From Macrostomum lignano (lineage: Eukaryota), in contig NIVC01000017.1 in the NCBI GenBank assembly GCA_002269645.1, forward strand, positions 62,001 to 126,000: 64,000 nucleotides of DNA, given 5' to 3'. Below are positions 24,991 through 37,478 of the stretch, in pieces (the stretch's first letter is position 1; each line of letters begins with the position of its first letter). The notes beneath the pieces are model-generated. The model made no database searches and was not told the DNA's origin. It was given only the letters and a program-made list of their open reading frames with translations. A program made the translations under genes and the position numbers.

Positions 24991-27900
24991 ATGTTTGCCA
25001 GCAGCAGCAGCAGCAGCAGTAGGGCATCCAGCGGTCCCATCGACCTGCTGTCTATGATGCAGAAGCATCCTTCGAAACGCGGAGCAGAGGAGGTGCCGTT
25101 TGAGGCTGCCGAGAAGATTGTCGACTTCTCTGTGCTGAAGGCGCTACGCGTTCCCAAGCGGATGCAAAATCCGGCAGGTGAGCGGGATGGGGAGCTTGGA
25201 GTGTGTGCTAAGTTTCTTTAAATCTCAAATTAATGAACTTCAATCAATAGTTTGAATTTGATCTTCATTTCGAAATGAGAAAGATAAACAGTCGTGAGAG
25301 AAAAGGGCTACCGCGACCCTCCCATATCCTCAGTTGCTGGGCCAGCCTCCCAGATCCTCAGTTGCTCAGCCAGCCTCCCAGATCCTCAGTTGCTGTGCCA
25401 GCCTCTCAGATCCTCAGTTGCTGGGCCAGCCTCCCAGATCCTCAGTTGCTGGGCCAGCCTCCCAGATCCTCAGTTGCTGTACCAGCCTCCCAGATCCCCG
25501 GTTGCTAGGCCAGCCTCCCAGAGTGTCAGTTGCTGGGCCAGCCTCACAGAGTGTTAGTTGCTGTGCCAGCCTCCCAGTGTGTCAGCTGCTCGGCCACCTT
25601 CCCAGATCCCCAGTTGCTCGGTCACCGCTACCCTTGTAGATTTATAGCTCGTATTTTCCGGGCCTCAACCGCTTCAAACCTTCAGTTCCACTGCTCATCA
25701 ACACACCGCCAAAATACCCTTCCCCCATAGAGATTCTCCGCCGCGTCAGCCCCGACTCCAAGGAGTTCAAGACCGAGATCGAGCGCCAGCTGCGCGCCAG
25801 CTTCCTCAGCCGGGAGCAGGAGCGGCAGTTTCGCGTGCAGGAGGCCTTCATGATTGAAAACTACGCGCTCAATGAAGAAGTTAGTCAAATCCTTTCAGCA
25901 ATGATGACTTCATTTTGGGAACATTATATGCACTGGGCTTGGCGCTTTATATTTCCCATCTGTTTTAATGCAGTCTCCTCTGCAATCCCACAACTTCAAA
26001 ATCCCCTATGGTTAGGCGGCTTAGGGAATATGAAGGTTGGGGAATGTGAAGGTTGGGAAATGTAAAGGGTGGAGAATGTGAAGGGTGAGAAATGAGAGAA
26101 AGTTAGAGAATGTGTAGGTTAGAGAACGAAGGTTGGGGAATGTGAAGGTTGGGAAATGTAAAGGGTGGAGAATGTGAAGGGTGAGAAATGAGAGAAAGTT
26201 AGAGAATGTGTAGGTTAGAGAACGAAGGTTGGGGAATGTGAAGGTTGGGAAATGTGAAGATTGGGGAATTTAAAGGTTGGAGAATGTGAATGTTGGGGAA
26301 TGTGAACGTTGGGAAATGTGAACGTTGGGAAATGTGAACGTTGGAAATGTGAAGATTGGGGAATGTGAAGGTTGGGGAATGTGAAGATTGGGGAATGTGA
26401 ATGTTAAAGGCATGTAAGTTAAAGAACATTCAGACTTGTTTACTTAATTCGATGCCAAATTGAGAGTCGATCATATCCGCCGCTCTCCGCAGTACCGAGC
26501 CAAACGAGCAGAAATGCGCGAAGCTGCCGCAGCCGCCGAAGCGGAAGCCGCCGTGTTTTCCGGCGCCGGCGGCCCCGTTACCATGGAAACGGCCAACGAC
26601 GATTCGGCAGGGACCGGCGCTGCGGCTGCTTCGACTTCTGGTCCAACGGAGCAGCTCGCCTATCTGGCCGTGGCGACCGAAGCCGAGGCTCGGGCTATAG
26701 CCGAACGCGGCGTTGCTAAGGGCAACTTGCCGGATAGTCGCCTAGCAACGGGTGAATCCGGCGTCAGCCTGTGTCAATACGTCGATCGCACCTGCCCGAA
26801 ACGCGGCCTGCAACCGGCCGGCTGGCTGCTGGTGCTGCGCTACCTTCGCTGCCGAGTCTGCCGCTGGGCCGAAGGGGACAGCGTGGCCGAGCCGCAGCCC
26901 CAGTTCGACTGTCACGTTAGTCGGCGAGGCCGGGCCGACGGTCTGGAGCAGTTGCCGCTGCCTGATGCCTTTCATTCGAGCCAGGTCGGGTTTTTACTTG
27001 GCTAGTGGGTCATTGTGTTGTCAAGCTAGTGGGTCATTGGGTGGACAAGCTAGTGGGTCATTGGGTGGACAAGCTAGTGGGTCATTGGGTGGACAAGCTA
27101 GTGGGTCATTGGGTGGACAAGCTAGTGGGTGATTGGGTGGGAAAGCTACTGGGTCATTGGGTGGATAAGCTACTGGGTCATTGGGTGGGCAAGCTAGTGG
27201 GTCATTGTGTGGACAAGCTACTGGGTCATTGGGTGGGCAAGCTACTGGGTCATTGGGTGGACAAGCTAGTGGGTCATTGGGTGGACAATCTAGTGGGTCA
27301 TTGGGTGGACAAGCTAGTGGGTCATTGGATGGACAAGCTACTGGGTCATTGGGTGGACAAGCTAGTAGTCATTAAAGCAGACCAGTGGGACACTAGTTTG
27401 TCCACCCAATCAGTCCTGCGGCAGCGGTTAAAAGGCATGCTCGCCTACACATTTACTTGCACCCGAACCTTTGCGCAGGTATTCCTATTCGAATACTCTG
27501 AGGATTTCGATTTGCTCGACCGGCCTCGCCAGGCCGTGCCGGTAGCCGCTGTGCGCTACGAATTCTCCGGCCGGATTGTCGCCTCCCAGCAGCAGCAGCA
27601 GCAACAGGCGCAGCAATCAAAGCCGGACTCTATGCAGCAGCAGCAGCAGAAGCATTCAGCTTCATCAGCCAACAATCCAAATAAAGTTGACCGATCGAAA
27701 TCCGGCATGCTTCATCAGCCCAGCCGGTCATCCGGTCCCGGTCGTTTGCCGTTCGTCGCCAGCCGGCAAGGCGGCGGCACCCTGGTTGGCCAGCTCAGCC
27801 TGGGCCTCGAGCTGCCCGGCTTGGCCAGCCTCTACCTGGATTTGGTGTCGCTGGAAGCTGTTCCGTTTGTGTTCCCCTGTCTGCAGCAGGATGGTGGCAA

Positions 27901-30787
27901 TTTGCAGGTGTGTGTGTGTGTGTGGCAACTCGCACCGCTCGAGGTCGCATGTCCCCCTGAGAGACCATGGGAAGGTCTTTCTTTATAATAAAAACTACAT
28001 GACCCCCCTAAAGGACCATAAGAGGTCATAGGACTCAAGAGGTCGCATGTCCCCCATAGGACTCAAGAGGTCGAATCCCCTCTCATAGGGAGGACTGGAG
28101 AGGTCGCATGACCCCTCATAGAGATTGGAGAGGTCGCATGCCCCCTCATAGGGATTGGAGAGGTCGCATGCCCCCTCATAGGGATTGGAGAGGTCGCATG
28201 ACCCCTCATAGAGATTGGAGAGGTCGCATGCCCCCTCATAGAACTGGAGAGGTCGCATGCCCCCTCATAGAAATTGGAGAGGTCGCATGCCCCCTCATAG
28301 GGATTGGAGAGGTCGCATGCCCCCTCATAGAACTGGAGAGGTCGCATGCCCCCTCATAGAACTGGAGAGGTCGCATGCCCCCTCATAGAACTGGAGAGGT
28401 CGCATGCCCCTTAACGGTAAGATCTCCAGCCCCCTTCATCCCCACTAATGGAATCGTTACTACGGCTCGCCATGTCCCCCCCCCAGGTCCGCTTCATCGA
28501 ATTCGACGATCTGCTGTCCAGCCTGTCCGGTTTCAAAATTCGTGGATCTCGAGAAGTCACCGCGGCGGCCGGCCCCATCGACTCCGAATCCTCAGCAGCA
28601 GCAGCAGCCGGTCACGTGAGCTACCTGGTCGGTCTGGCCACTCCCGACAGCACGCATCCGCTGGCTCGACTGTGCAATCAGTTAGTGCTGAGCCGCCGGG
28701 CCCTTCTCTGCTCGCTAACTTCGGCCAGCAGCGGACGGGACGGCCGCCTGCCCCTGTGCTACCTAGTGCCCTCGGACAGCCGGCCAGCCGAGCGGCTTAA
28801 CCTCGACCGGCTGGCCAGGAAACTGTCTGACCCGGGCAGGCATCAGCTGCACGTCATTGTGTGGCTGCCGCTGCCCAGATCCGACTGCTTCTTCGACTAC
28901 AGCCGTCTGGACCAGTGGCACCGGCTGCCGCAGCCGCACGGCGGCGTCGGCGCCTACTGGGCTGCAGAGTGCCGCTCGGATCGGCGCGGTTGCTATGCAA
29001 CCTATTCGACAGCGGCCGATCGGATCGGCCACCTGGCCAGGCAGGCCGCCGGACAGCGTCGCGATCTGCAAGCCCGGGTCGGCATGCCCGGCCTGGTCTA
29101 TCTGCCGCTGAAGGAGCTGCTGCCGAAACCGTCGACATCGAATCTGAAGCCAACCGACGACAACTCAGTCGATGAGCAGCGGCGGCGATCGCCGATAGAA
29201 GCTATCCACAGCCCGACGCCTCCTCCGGCGAATGTTAATGATGACGATGATCTGTCTCTTCCGCCGCCCGACAAGCTGGTGTTCGACGAGCCGCCCGACT
29301 CGCCAGATGACGATGTTGACGCCTATAGCGGCGAGGAGAGCAAAGATAATAATGTCGATAATGCCTGCCAATCGCCGATCTCTTATCACGACAATCTGCT
29401 GTTGGATCTGCCTGTTCTGCCGGATCAAAAACCTGCTGCCCCTGCTACTGCTGCTGCTGCTTCTGCTAGCGCTGGCACCGGCAATACGTCTACCTCTTCA
29501 ATAAAACGTCGCTTTACCTCTGATGCTGCCGACATTGACGACCGGAAACGGCCCCGACCTCTTCCTTCGCAGCCTCCGCCGCCTCCACTGCAACAGCAGA
29601 AACAGCAGACTCAACAGTTTATCAGCAAGTTAAAGCAACAGATTAGCAATCTAAGGGATAATGTCGAACGGCAGAGACTGCTCAAGCTGAACGATTTAAC
29701 GTCGCCGGCTTCTCCTCAGACGACATCGTCGCCGCCGCCGCCGCCGCCGCCGCCGCAGCCGCCTCAATCGGCGACAGTGCCGCAAAAGGTCGCTTCGATT
29801 CTGCCGCCTCCCGAGTCGCTGATAGCGGCAGCTGCGACAGCCAGAGACCCGACGCAACCCTCGCCAATGTCTCCGTCGCCTCCTTCGACGCCGCCTCCGC
29901 TGCGCCTGCTGGAAGCGCCGGCTTCGCCATCTCCGCCGCAGGCTGCATCGCCTCCTTGTTCTGCTGTTGCTGAAACCGACATCGATGAGCGACGATCTGC
30001 TTTACCATTTCAGCGGAATGCTGAGTCCGTGCCGTTCGATCAGCTGGTTGAGCAGCCAGCCAAGCGACCGATTAAACGGGCTTCGATAGATCTTGAAGAC
30101 GATTCGATTAATCCTGAGGAGTCATTGTGGCGGAGGCCGCGGCACTGCCACGATGGCTCTCTCGGCGACGTTGACGAACGCTGGCATCAGCCTCTTTTGC
30201 TGTCGTCGGCGTCAGCAGCTTCTTCCAATCAGGATGTCGACATGCGCCGGATGGCGCCGCCCTCTTCTACGAACATCAATTCCGCTAGTCGCCGAGTCAA
30301 CCCTCTGCCGCACCCCAGCAGCCTGCCGCCGCCGCCCAAGAAGCTTTCGGCGTCCCCGCCGTCGCTGTCACCGCCGCCGCCGCCGCCACCTCCGCCGCAG
30401 CGACCTCCGGCGACGTTGCTTAATAATAGATCGGCGCTATTTGCCAGGCAGCATCCGCACCCGGCTTCATCAAATCGTAGCATTGCTAATCTTAGTAATA
30501 ATAATAGTAGCAGAAACGGGCCGCCGCCGCCGCCGCTGCCATATTCGAATCGCCTGCCATCGAACCGGCCGCCGCCAAGGCCGTTTCAACAGCAGCGGCC
30601 GGCGTCCACTTCAACAACAGCTTCGAGAATGAATGGAAACGTCGGCGCGGCGAGATTTCGGTCGCCGCCTTCCCCGACGCAGCGGGGAGGCGGCGTCAGC
30701 GGTAGCCGCGGCGGTCGGGACGGCAGCGGCGCATACGGCGGCTTCGGCGGCATCCAATCGCGTCAGTTTTACGATCGTCGGTTTTGA
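24991..30787 (+). CDS. TASOR: TASOR/FAM208/TEX15-type protein (~1185 aa): N-terminal pseudo-PARP (DUF3715) domain, SPOC-like domain and long Pro-rich tail. Exons 24991-25177, 25731-25879, 26493-26984, 27479-27907, 28487-30787.
   Basis: All four introns are GT-AG with compatible phases (1,0,0,0). The spliced product has the ordered family motifs LRVPKR, VSPDSKEFKTEIERQLRASFL, AFMIENYALNEE|YRAKRAEM, EQLAYL, IAERGVAKG, GVSLCQYVD, EPQPQFDCHVS and SQ|VFLFEY..RPRQAVPVAAVRY. It then has VGQLSLG..VPFVFP..|VRFIEFDDL and LCYLVP..LHVIVW (SPOC-like). Orthology to TASOR versus TEX15 is not resolved. Confidence 0.82.
25320..25625. repeat. 28-bp minisatellite CCCAGATCCTCAGTTGCTGGGCCAGCCT in TASOR-like intron 1
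   Basis: Period 28 (25341, 25369). The same family occurs at 42250-42608. Confidence 0.93.
26020..26410. repeat. ~16-bp G-rich minisatellite (GGGGAATGTGAAGGTT) with a ~96-bp internal duplication, in intron 2
   Basis: Repeated GGGAATGTGAA. The block at 26061 recurs at 26157. Confidence 0.88.
27000..27365. repeat. 24-bp minisatellite GCTAGTGGGTCATTGGGTGGACAA in intron 3
   Basis: Period 24. It produces the spurious KLVGHWVD ORF. Confidence 0.95.
27935..28405. repeat. 29-bp minisatellite GGAGAGGTCGCATGCCCCCTCATAGAACT in intron 4
   Basis: Period 29 (28321, 28350). Confidence 0.93.
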
Positions 30788-31015
30788 GAACAAAAATACA
30801 AGCAGCAACGTATCTACTTTCCTCGGAGTTTCAATTTCCAATTTGTTTTGTTTTGGGTTTACTCTGTGTTTAAAAATGTGCATTTAAACTGTTTGTCCAT
30901 GTGCCGATTGTATGGCTCTCGCTTTAATAGTGATCTGTCTGTGATCTCGGTTTTAAAGTAGATCATTTTGGTTCATTGTGCGCCTTTCTGTGCCCGAAAG
31001 CTCGCAAACTTTCGC

Positions 31016-31770
31016 AAGTCCCATCTGAGTAGCCTCAGTCCCATCTGAGTAGCCCCAGTCCCATCTGAGTAGCCCCAGTCCCATCTGAGTAGCATCAGTC
31101 CCATCTGAGTTGCCCCAGTCCCATCTGAGTAGCCCCAGTCCCATCTGAGTAGCCCCAGTCCCATCTGAGTTGCCCCAGTCCCATCTGAGTAGCCCCAGTC
31201 CCATCTGAGTAGCCCCAGTCCCATCTGAGTAGCCCCAGTCCCATCTGAGTAGCCCCAGTCCCATCTGAGTAGCCCCAGTCTCATATGAGTAGCCCCAGTC
31301 CCATCTGAGTTGCCTCAGTCCCATCTGAGTAGCCCTAGTCTCATCTGAGTAGCCCCAGTCCCATCTGAGTTGCCTCAGTCCCATCTGAGTAGCCCCAGTC
31401 CCATCTGAGTAGCCCCAGTCTCATATGAGTAGCCCCAGTCCCATCTGAGTTGCCTCAGTCCCATCTGAGTAGCCTCAGTCCCATCTGAGTTGCCCCAGTC
31501 CCATCTGAGTAGCCCCAGTCCCATCTGAGTAGCCCCAGTCTCATATGAGTAGCCCCAGTCCCATCTGAGTTGCCTCAGTCCCATTTGAGTAGCCTCAGTC
31601 CCATCTGAGTAGCCCCAGTCCCATCTGAGTTGCCCCAGTCCCATCTGAGTAGCCCCAGTCCCATTTGAATTGCCTCAGTCCCATCTGAGTAGCCCCAGTC
31701 CCATCTGAGTAGTCTCAGTCCCATCTGAGTAGCCCCAGTCTCATATGAGTAGCCCCAGTCCCATCTGAAC
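31016..31770. repeat. 20-bp minisatellite GTCCCATCTGAGTAGCCCCA
   Basis: Period 20. An inverted copy of the same family lies at 43037-43238. Confidence 0.96.
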
Positions 31771-32492
31771 TCACCTTTTGGTACCTGGTAGTGTCACTGA
31801 AATTGCTTCTTGTTTCTTTGTGTTCATTAGCTTAAAGTACGAGTATAATTTCTCGGATTTACTGCATCCCTGGTGATTACACGAGCAACTTTACTATCGG
31901 GTATTTATAATACCGTTTAATAATATGATTTGTTAGGCTCTGAATTGAGAATAACCTTTAAGTGTTTGAAATAATTAATTAGTTAATATTTAGTGTTATC
32001 GGTCAGTCAATACTACCTAAACCAGTAAGTCCTACGTTGCCCCTTTTTAAATTAATATAGTTCTGATAGGAATAATCCAATATTTATTGTTGCTTTATTC
32101 GCTTTCAATAAATCGTTTCTTTCGCTTTTGCCGGAAAATGCTAATTGAGTGCGTATTTAAAGTATGTATCATTTTTATTCATGTACTACCTATTTAATAC
32201 TTGTACATAGCAGTCTGTGCTTACAATATGTAATATAATTAGTAATATGTTTACACTGTTCATTAATAAATGTGTTGTCAATGCTTGTGTGTAATCTTTA
32301 ACTTATTGATCTGTGTTTTTTAGTTTCCTCTAATAATATTACTAATAGAAGACTTATTCATATTAGTAGTTATTTTCCCCTTAATTGCATTGAAGATTAT
32401 TTAAGAGTAAGAATATAAAAGTTTGTTAATTGGAATTTATGCGTCGAAATGATTACTGAATTATAATTGAAGCATCCGATGTGTAGTGTCCG

Positions 32493-34313
32493 ATGGAAAT
32501 TGAGAAAACTTTTGCCTGCGACTCAGCTTCCGCTGATATTGAAGCGGAACTGAACCCGGATGCAAACCCGGATGTAAATTCGGATATGAACCCGGATGTA
32601 AACCCGGATATGGACCCGGATTTTAACCCGGATTTAAACCCGGATGTAAACACGGATATGGACCCGGATTTGAACCCGGATTTAAACCCGGGTGTAAACA
32701 CGGATGTAAACCCGGATTTAAACCCGGATTTGAACCCGGATATGAACCCGGATGTAAACCCGGATGCAGAAGTGGAATGGCGGCGCCGCTGCCGCTCCAG
32801 CCGGCCTACAGACCGTACGCAGCGCCTGCGCAATCGGCGATTCCAAGCGATGCAGCGCCTAGCAACGGAGGGCGAGTATTTCTCGGACGAGAGCATGCGC
32901 AACCGAGAGCCCTACCTGTATCACAAGTACATCGGCCGGTACTTGACCCGCGAGGACGTCCATCGGCAGAGTTCAGCGGCCGCCGCCGCCGCCGCTGCTG
33001 CTGCCGGAGGCGACGGAGAGAGCGTGATGTCGCATTTCCTTACTCAGCACTGCGTCCGGCTGGAGGAGAATTCCAGGTTCGGGTTGCTGAGTTCTCATAA
33101 TTTAGGGTTGATTACTGCTGTTAGAGTTTGAGATACCTTAACCTGATGCCAGTGTCAACCTTTTCAAAAGCATAAAAATAGAGGATAGAAATCCCCATTC
33201 TGAATGAATAGAAATCCCCATTCTGACTGAATAGAAATCCCCATTCTGACTGAATAGACATCCCCATTCTGAATGAATAGAAATCCCCATTCTGAATGAA
33301 TAGACATCCCCATTATGAATGAATAGAAATCCCCATTCTGAATGAATAGACATCCCCATTCTGAATTAATAGAAATCCCCATTCTGACTGAATAGACATC
33401 CCCATTCTGAATGAATCGACATCCCCATTCTAACTGAATAGAAATCCCCATTCTGAATGAATAGACATCCCCATTCTGAATGAATAGAAATCCCCATTCT
33501 GACTGAAAAGAAATCCCCATTCTGAATGAATAGAAATCCCCATTCTGAATGAATAGAAATCCCCATTCTGAATGAATAGACATCCCCATTCTGAATGAAT
33601 AGAAATCCCCATTCTGAATGAATAGAAATCCCCATTCTGAATGAATAGACATCCCCATTCTGAATGAATAGAAATCCCCATTCGGAATGAATAGAAATCC
33701 CCATTCTGACTGAATAGAAATCCCCATTCTGAATGAATAGACATCCCCATTCGGAATGAATAGAAATCCCCATTCTGAATGAATCGACATCCCCATTCTG
33801 AATGAATAGAAATCCCCATTCCGAATGAATAGAAATCCCTATTCTGAATGAATCGACATCCCCATTCTGAATGAATAGAAATCCCCATTCCGAATGAATA
33901 GAAATCCCCATTCTGAATGAATAGAAATCCCCATTCTGAATGAATAGAAATCCCCATTCTGAATGAATAGAAATCCCCATTCTGAATGAATAGAAATCCC
34001 CATTCTAATTACCTACCGCAGATACGAAGCCGCGGCCGCCGCGGATTCTGACAACTCATCAAACAACGAGGAGGAGGATGATGATGATGGTGATGATGAG
34101 GCCGGCGGCATCGGCAGCAGATTCCTTCCGGATCGCAAGCGTCAGCTGCTTCGTTCGGAGTTCTTGGCGTTGATGCAGCGTCGCTTCTTGGCTGGAAAGG
34201 ACGTTGAGTACTTTGACTACGGCCAGGTCGACCGGGACGACGACTTGGATTTGTCCGGCGAGTTTGAGCGGGACGAGGAGGATCGCTACTTCGATTCCGA
34301 GGAGCCCAGCTAG
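32493..34313 (+). CDS. CCDC97: Coiled-coil domain-containing protein 97 (DUF2052), ~291 aa. Exons 32493-33076 and 34022-34313.
   Basis: LRNRRFQAMQRLATEGEYFSDESMRNREPYLYHKYIGRYLT in exon 1. A phase-2 splice (AG|GTTCGG; CCGCAG|A) leads to RSEFLALMQRRFLAGKDVEYFDYGQVD..ERDEEDRYFDSEEPS*. The true N-terminus is uncertain. Confidence 0.9.
33180..34007. repeat. 23-bp minisatellite AATCCCCATTCTGAATGAATAGA filling the CCDC97 intron
   Basis: Tandem period 23. Confidence 0.96.
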
Positions 34314-34439
34314 CCGAATCCTTAAGTCCACTAGCTGCTCACTTCTCGTTGCCATGCGAACTTTTGCAGATCCCACTATTGTCAGTTAGGGTCCTCATTC
34401 TGTAATACTGAATCCATCCTATTGTGGGGCCGCTAAGAT

Positions 34440-34895
34440 CTCCCTGAGATCTCCATTATCGGGTCCCTGAGATCTCTATTATCGGGTCCCTGAGCTCCCC
34501 ATTATCGGGTCACTGAGATCCCCATTATCGGGTCACTGAGCTCCCCATTATCGGGTCACTGAGATCCCCATTATCGGGTCACTGAGAACCCCATTATCGG
34601 GTCACTGAGATCCCCATTATCGGGTCACTTAGATTCCCATTATCGGGTCACTGAGATCCCCATTATCGGGTCACTGAGATCCCCATTATCGGGTCACTTA
34701 GATTCCCATTATCGGGTCACTGAGATCCCCATTATCGGGTCACTGAGATTCCCATTATCGGGTCACTGAGATCCCCATTATCGGGTCACTGAGATCCCCA
34801 TTATCGGATCACTGAGATCCCCATTATCGGGTCACTGAGATCCCCATTATCGGGTCACTGAGATCCCCATTATCGAGTCACTAAGATCCCCATTA
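34440..34895. repeat. 23-bp minisatellite GAGATCCCCATTATCGGGTCACT
   Basis: Tandem period 23. Confidence 0.95.
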
Positions 34896-35360
34896 AAGAT
34901 GTTTGTCTTCCCACAGCTGATGAGCTACAAGTTTGCAACGGGCATGTGACGTTCAAAAACATGTTGTTAGGCTTAGTAAGTCTCCTACTTCAGCTGACTG
35001 GATTAATTGGTTATTAATAGGAGATGAAGTAAACAGGCTGACACTAATCTGACAGGTATGAGAGTTGGGCTCGACGAAGGATATACGATTCTCTGTCTCT
35101 AAGAATGAGTTTGCTTGAGTTTGTGTAAAAAGTAAAATTTGTTTATGCAGCTTGTCGTCTCAACTGTGTACAGTATTCTAATATTGTGTGTGCATTTTTG
35201 TCTCTCTTGAAAACTGCAAATTAAATAAAATTATTTTCATACATAATATAATTCAACATATTTAACACCTCTTCTCCTTTCCCCACTTTTTATACTGTGT
35301 TTATAATAGAAAGATGGTTTGCTTTTACATGTCTGCGTGGGTTCGAATCCTCGATTTAGA

Positions 35361-36956
35361 GCAGGGGTCGGCAAACTTTTTACCTCAAGGGCCAGATAGG
35401 GTCTTTAGATCATTAACTGCGGGCCAGATAGAGTCTTTAGATCATTAACTGCGGGCCAGATAGAGTCTTTAGATCATTAACTGCGGGCCAGATAGAGTCT
35501 TTAGATCATTAACTGCGGGCCAGATAGGGTCTTTAGATCATTAACTGCGGGCCAGATAGGGTCTTTAGATCATTAACTGCGGGCCAGATAGGGTCTTTAG
35601 ATCATTAACTGCGGGCCAGATAGGGTCTTTAGATCATTAACTGCGGGCCAGATAGAGTCTTTAGATCATTAACTGCGGGCCAGATAGGGTCTTTAGATCA
35701 TTAACTGCGGGCCAGATAGAGTCTTTAGATCATTAACTGCGGGCCAGATAGGGTCTTTAGATCATTAACTGCGGGCCAGATAGGGTCTTTAGATCATTAA
35801 CTGCGGGCCAGATAGGGTCTTTAGATCATTAACTGCGGGCCAGATAGAGTCTTTAGATCATTAACTGCGGGCCAGATAGAGTCTTTAGATCATTAACTGC
35901 GGGCCAGATAGGGTCTTTAGATCATTAACTGCGGGCCAGATAGGGTCTTTAGATCATTAACTGCGGGCCAGATAGGGTCTTTAGATCATTAACTGCGGGC
36001 CAGATAGAGTCTTTAGATCATTAACTGCGGGCCAGATAGAGTCTTTAGATCATTAACTGCGGGCCAGATAGGGTCTTTAGATCATTAACTGCGGGCCAGA
36101 TAGGGTCTTTAGATCATTAACTGCGGGCCAGATAGAGTCTTTAGATCATTAACTGCGGGCCAGATAGGGTCTTTAGATCATTAACTGCGGGCCAGATAGA
36201 GTCTTTAGATCATTAACTGCGAGCCAGATAGGGTCTTTAGATCATTAACTGCGGGCCAGATAGGGTCTTTAGATCATTAACTGCGGGCCAGATAGAGTCT
36301 TTAGATCATTAACTGCGGGCCAGATAGAGTCTTTAGATCATTAACTGCGGGCCAGATAGGGTCTAGATCATTAACTGCGGGCCAGATAGGGTCTTTAGAT
36401 CATTAACTGCGGGCCAGATAGGGTCTTTAGATCATTAACTGCGGGCCAGATAGGGTCTTTAGATCATTAACTGCGGGCCAGATAGGGTCTTTAGATCATT
36501 AACTGCGGGCCAGATAGGGTCTTTAGATCATTAACTGCGGGCCAGATAGGGTCTTTAGATCATTAACTGCGGGCCAGATAGGGTCTTTAGATCATTAACT
36601 GCGGGCCAGATAGGGTCTTTAGATCATTAACTGCGGACCAGATAGGGTCTTTAGATCATTAACTGCGGGCCAGATAGGGTCTTTAGATCATTAACTGCGG
36701 GCCAGATGAGAGAGGAAAAGGTAATAGAGATGAGAGAAGAGATAAAGGTGAGAAGCGAGATCAGAGCCATGGTGAGAGAAGAGGAGAGAAGATAAGAGGA
36801 GAGGAGAGATGGGAAAAGAAAAGAAAAGGAACTCAGAAGAGGCAAACCTTGAGCGGGCCGGATTGCTATTATATAAAGTTTCAAAGGACCCGAGGGCGGA
36901 AAGAAAGGCTTTGCTGGCCGCATGTGGCCCGCGTTCCGGAGTTTGCTGACCCCCTG
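35361..36956 (+). mobile_element. hAT-type non-autonomous element carrying an internal 32-bp tandem array
   Basis: Left TIR CAGGGGTCGGCAAACT at 35361 and right TIR AGTTTGCTGACCCCCTG ending 36956. Perfect 8-bp TSD ATTTAGAG at 35353-35360 and 36957-36964. Confidence 0.92.
35390..36706. repeat. 32-bp homogeneous array GTCTTTAGATCATTAACTGCGGGCCAGATAG(G/A), about 40 copies, inside the hAT element
   Basis: Period 32 (35401, 35433). It varies almost only at one G/A position. Confidence 0.97.
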
Positions 36957-37204
36957 ATTTAGAGCCTCTCATTTCGACTTACTAAGTCGATAGCGTATTA
37001 TATTTTTCTAATCATATTATTTCTTTATTGAAACTTTCAATATCTCAGTTAAACGCCAGGTTTCTAAACTAGTAGTAGAATTTTTTTGATAACTTGATTA
37101 GTATGCATATGGTATGGGTAGATACAGGAAGGATGAATAGATTAGTCTATACTGCAGATGGATGGATTTATTAAATGATGAATTATTGAATAGGCAGATG
37201 TGCA

Positions 37205-37478
37205 GAGGTGTACACACACAGGCAGGCAGACAGCCACAGGCAGACAGGCAGACAGACAGACACACAAGCAGACAGACAGACAGGCAGGCAGGCAGGCAGA
37301 CAGACACAGGCAGACAGACAGACAGACAGACACAGGCAGACAGACAGACACACAGGCAGACAGACACACAGGCAGACAGACACACAGACAGACAGACACA
37401 CAGACAGACAGACAGACACAGGCAGACAGACAGACACACAGGCAGGCAGGCAGGCAGACAGACAGACAGACACACAGT
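37205..37478. repeat. (ACAG)n/(AC)n/(GCAG)n compound microsatellite
   Basis: Direct inspection. Confidence 0.97.

Noticed and set aside
20144-30887. Antisense and alternative-frame ORFs over the 20-kb and 28-kb exons
   Set aside because: Expected from high GC and Ala/Pro codons, with no independent evidence.
35310-35352. tRNA gene suggested by the B-box GGTTCGAATCC
   Set aside because: No acceptor stem or cloverleaf can be folded. At most it is a SINE or tRNA relic next to the hAT insertion.
35390-36706. CRISPR-like array of 32-bp repeats
   Set aside because: The units are head-to-tail with no unique spacers, there are no cas genes, the context is eukaryotic and the array lies inside a MITE.
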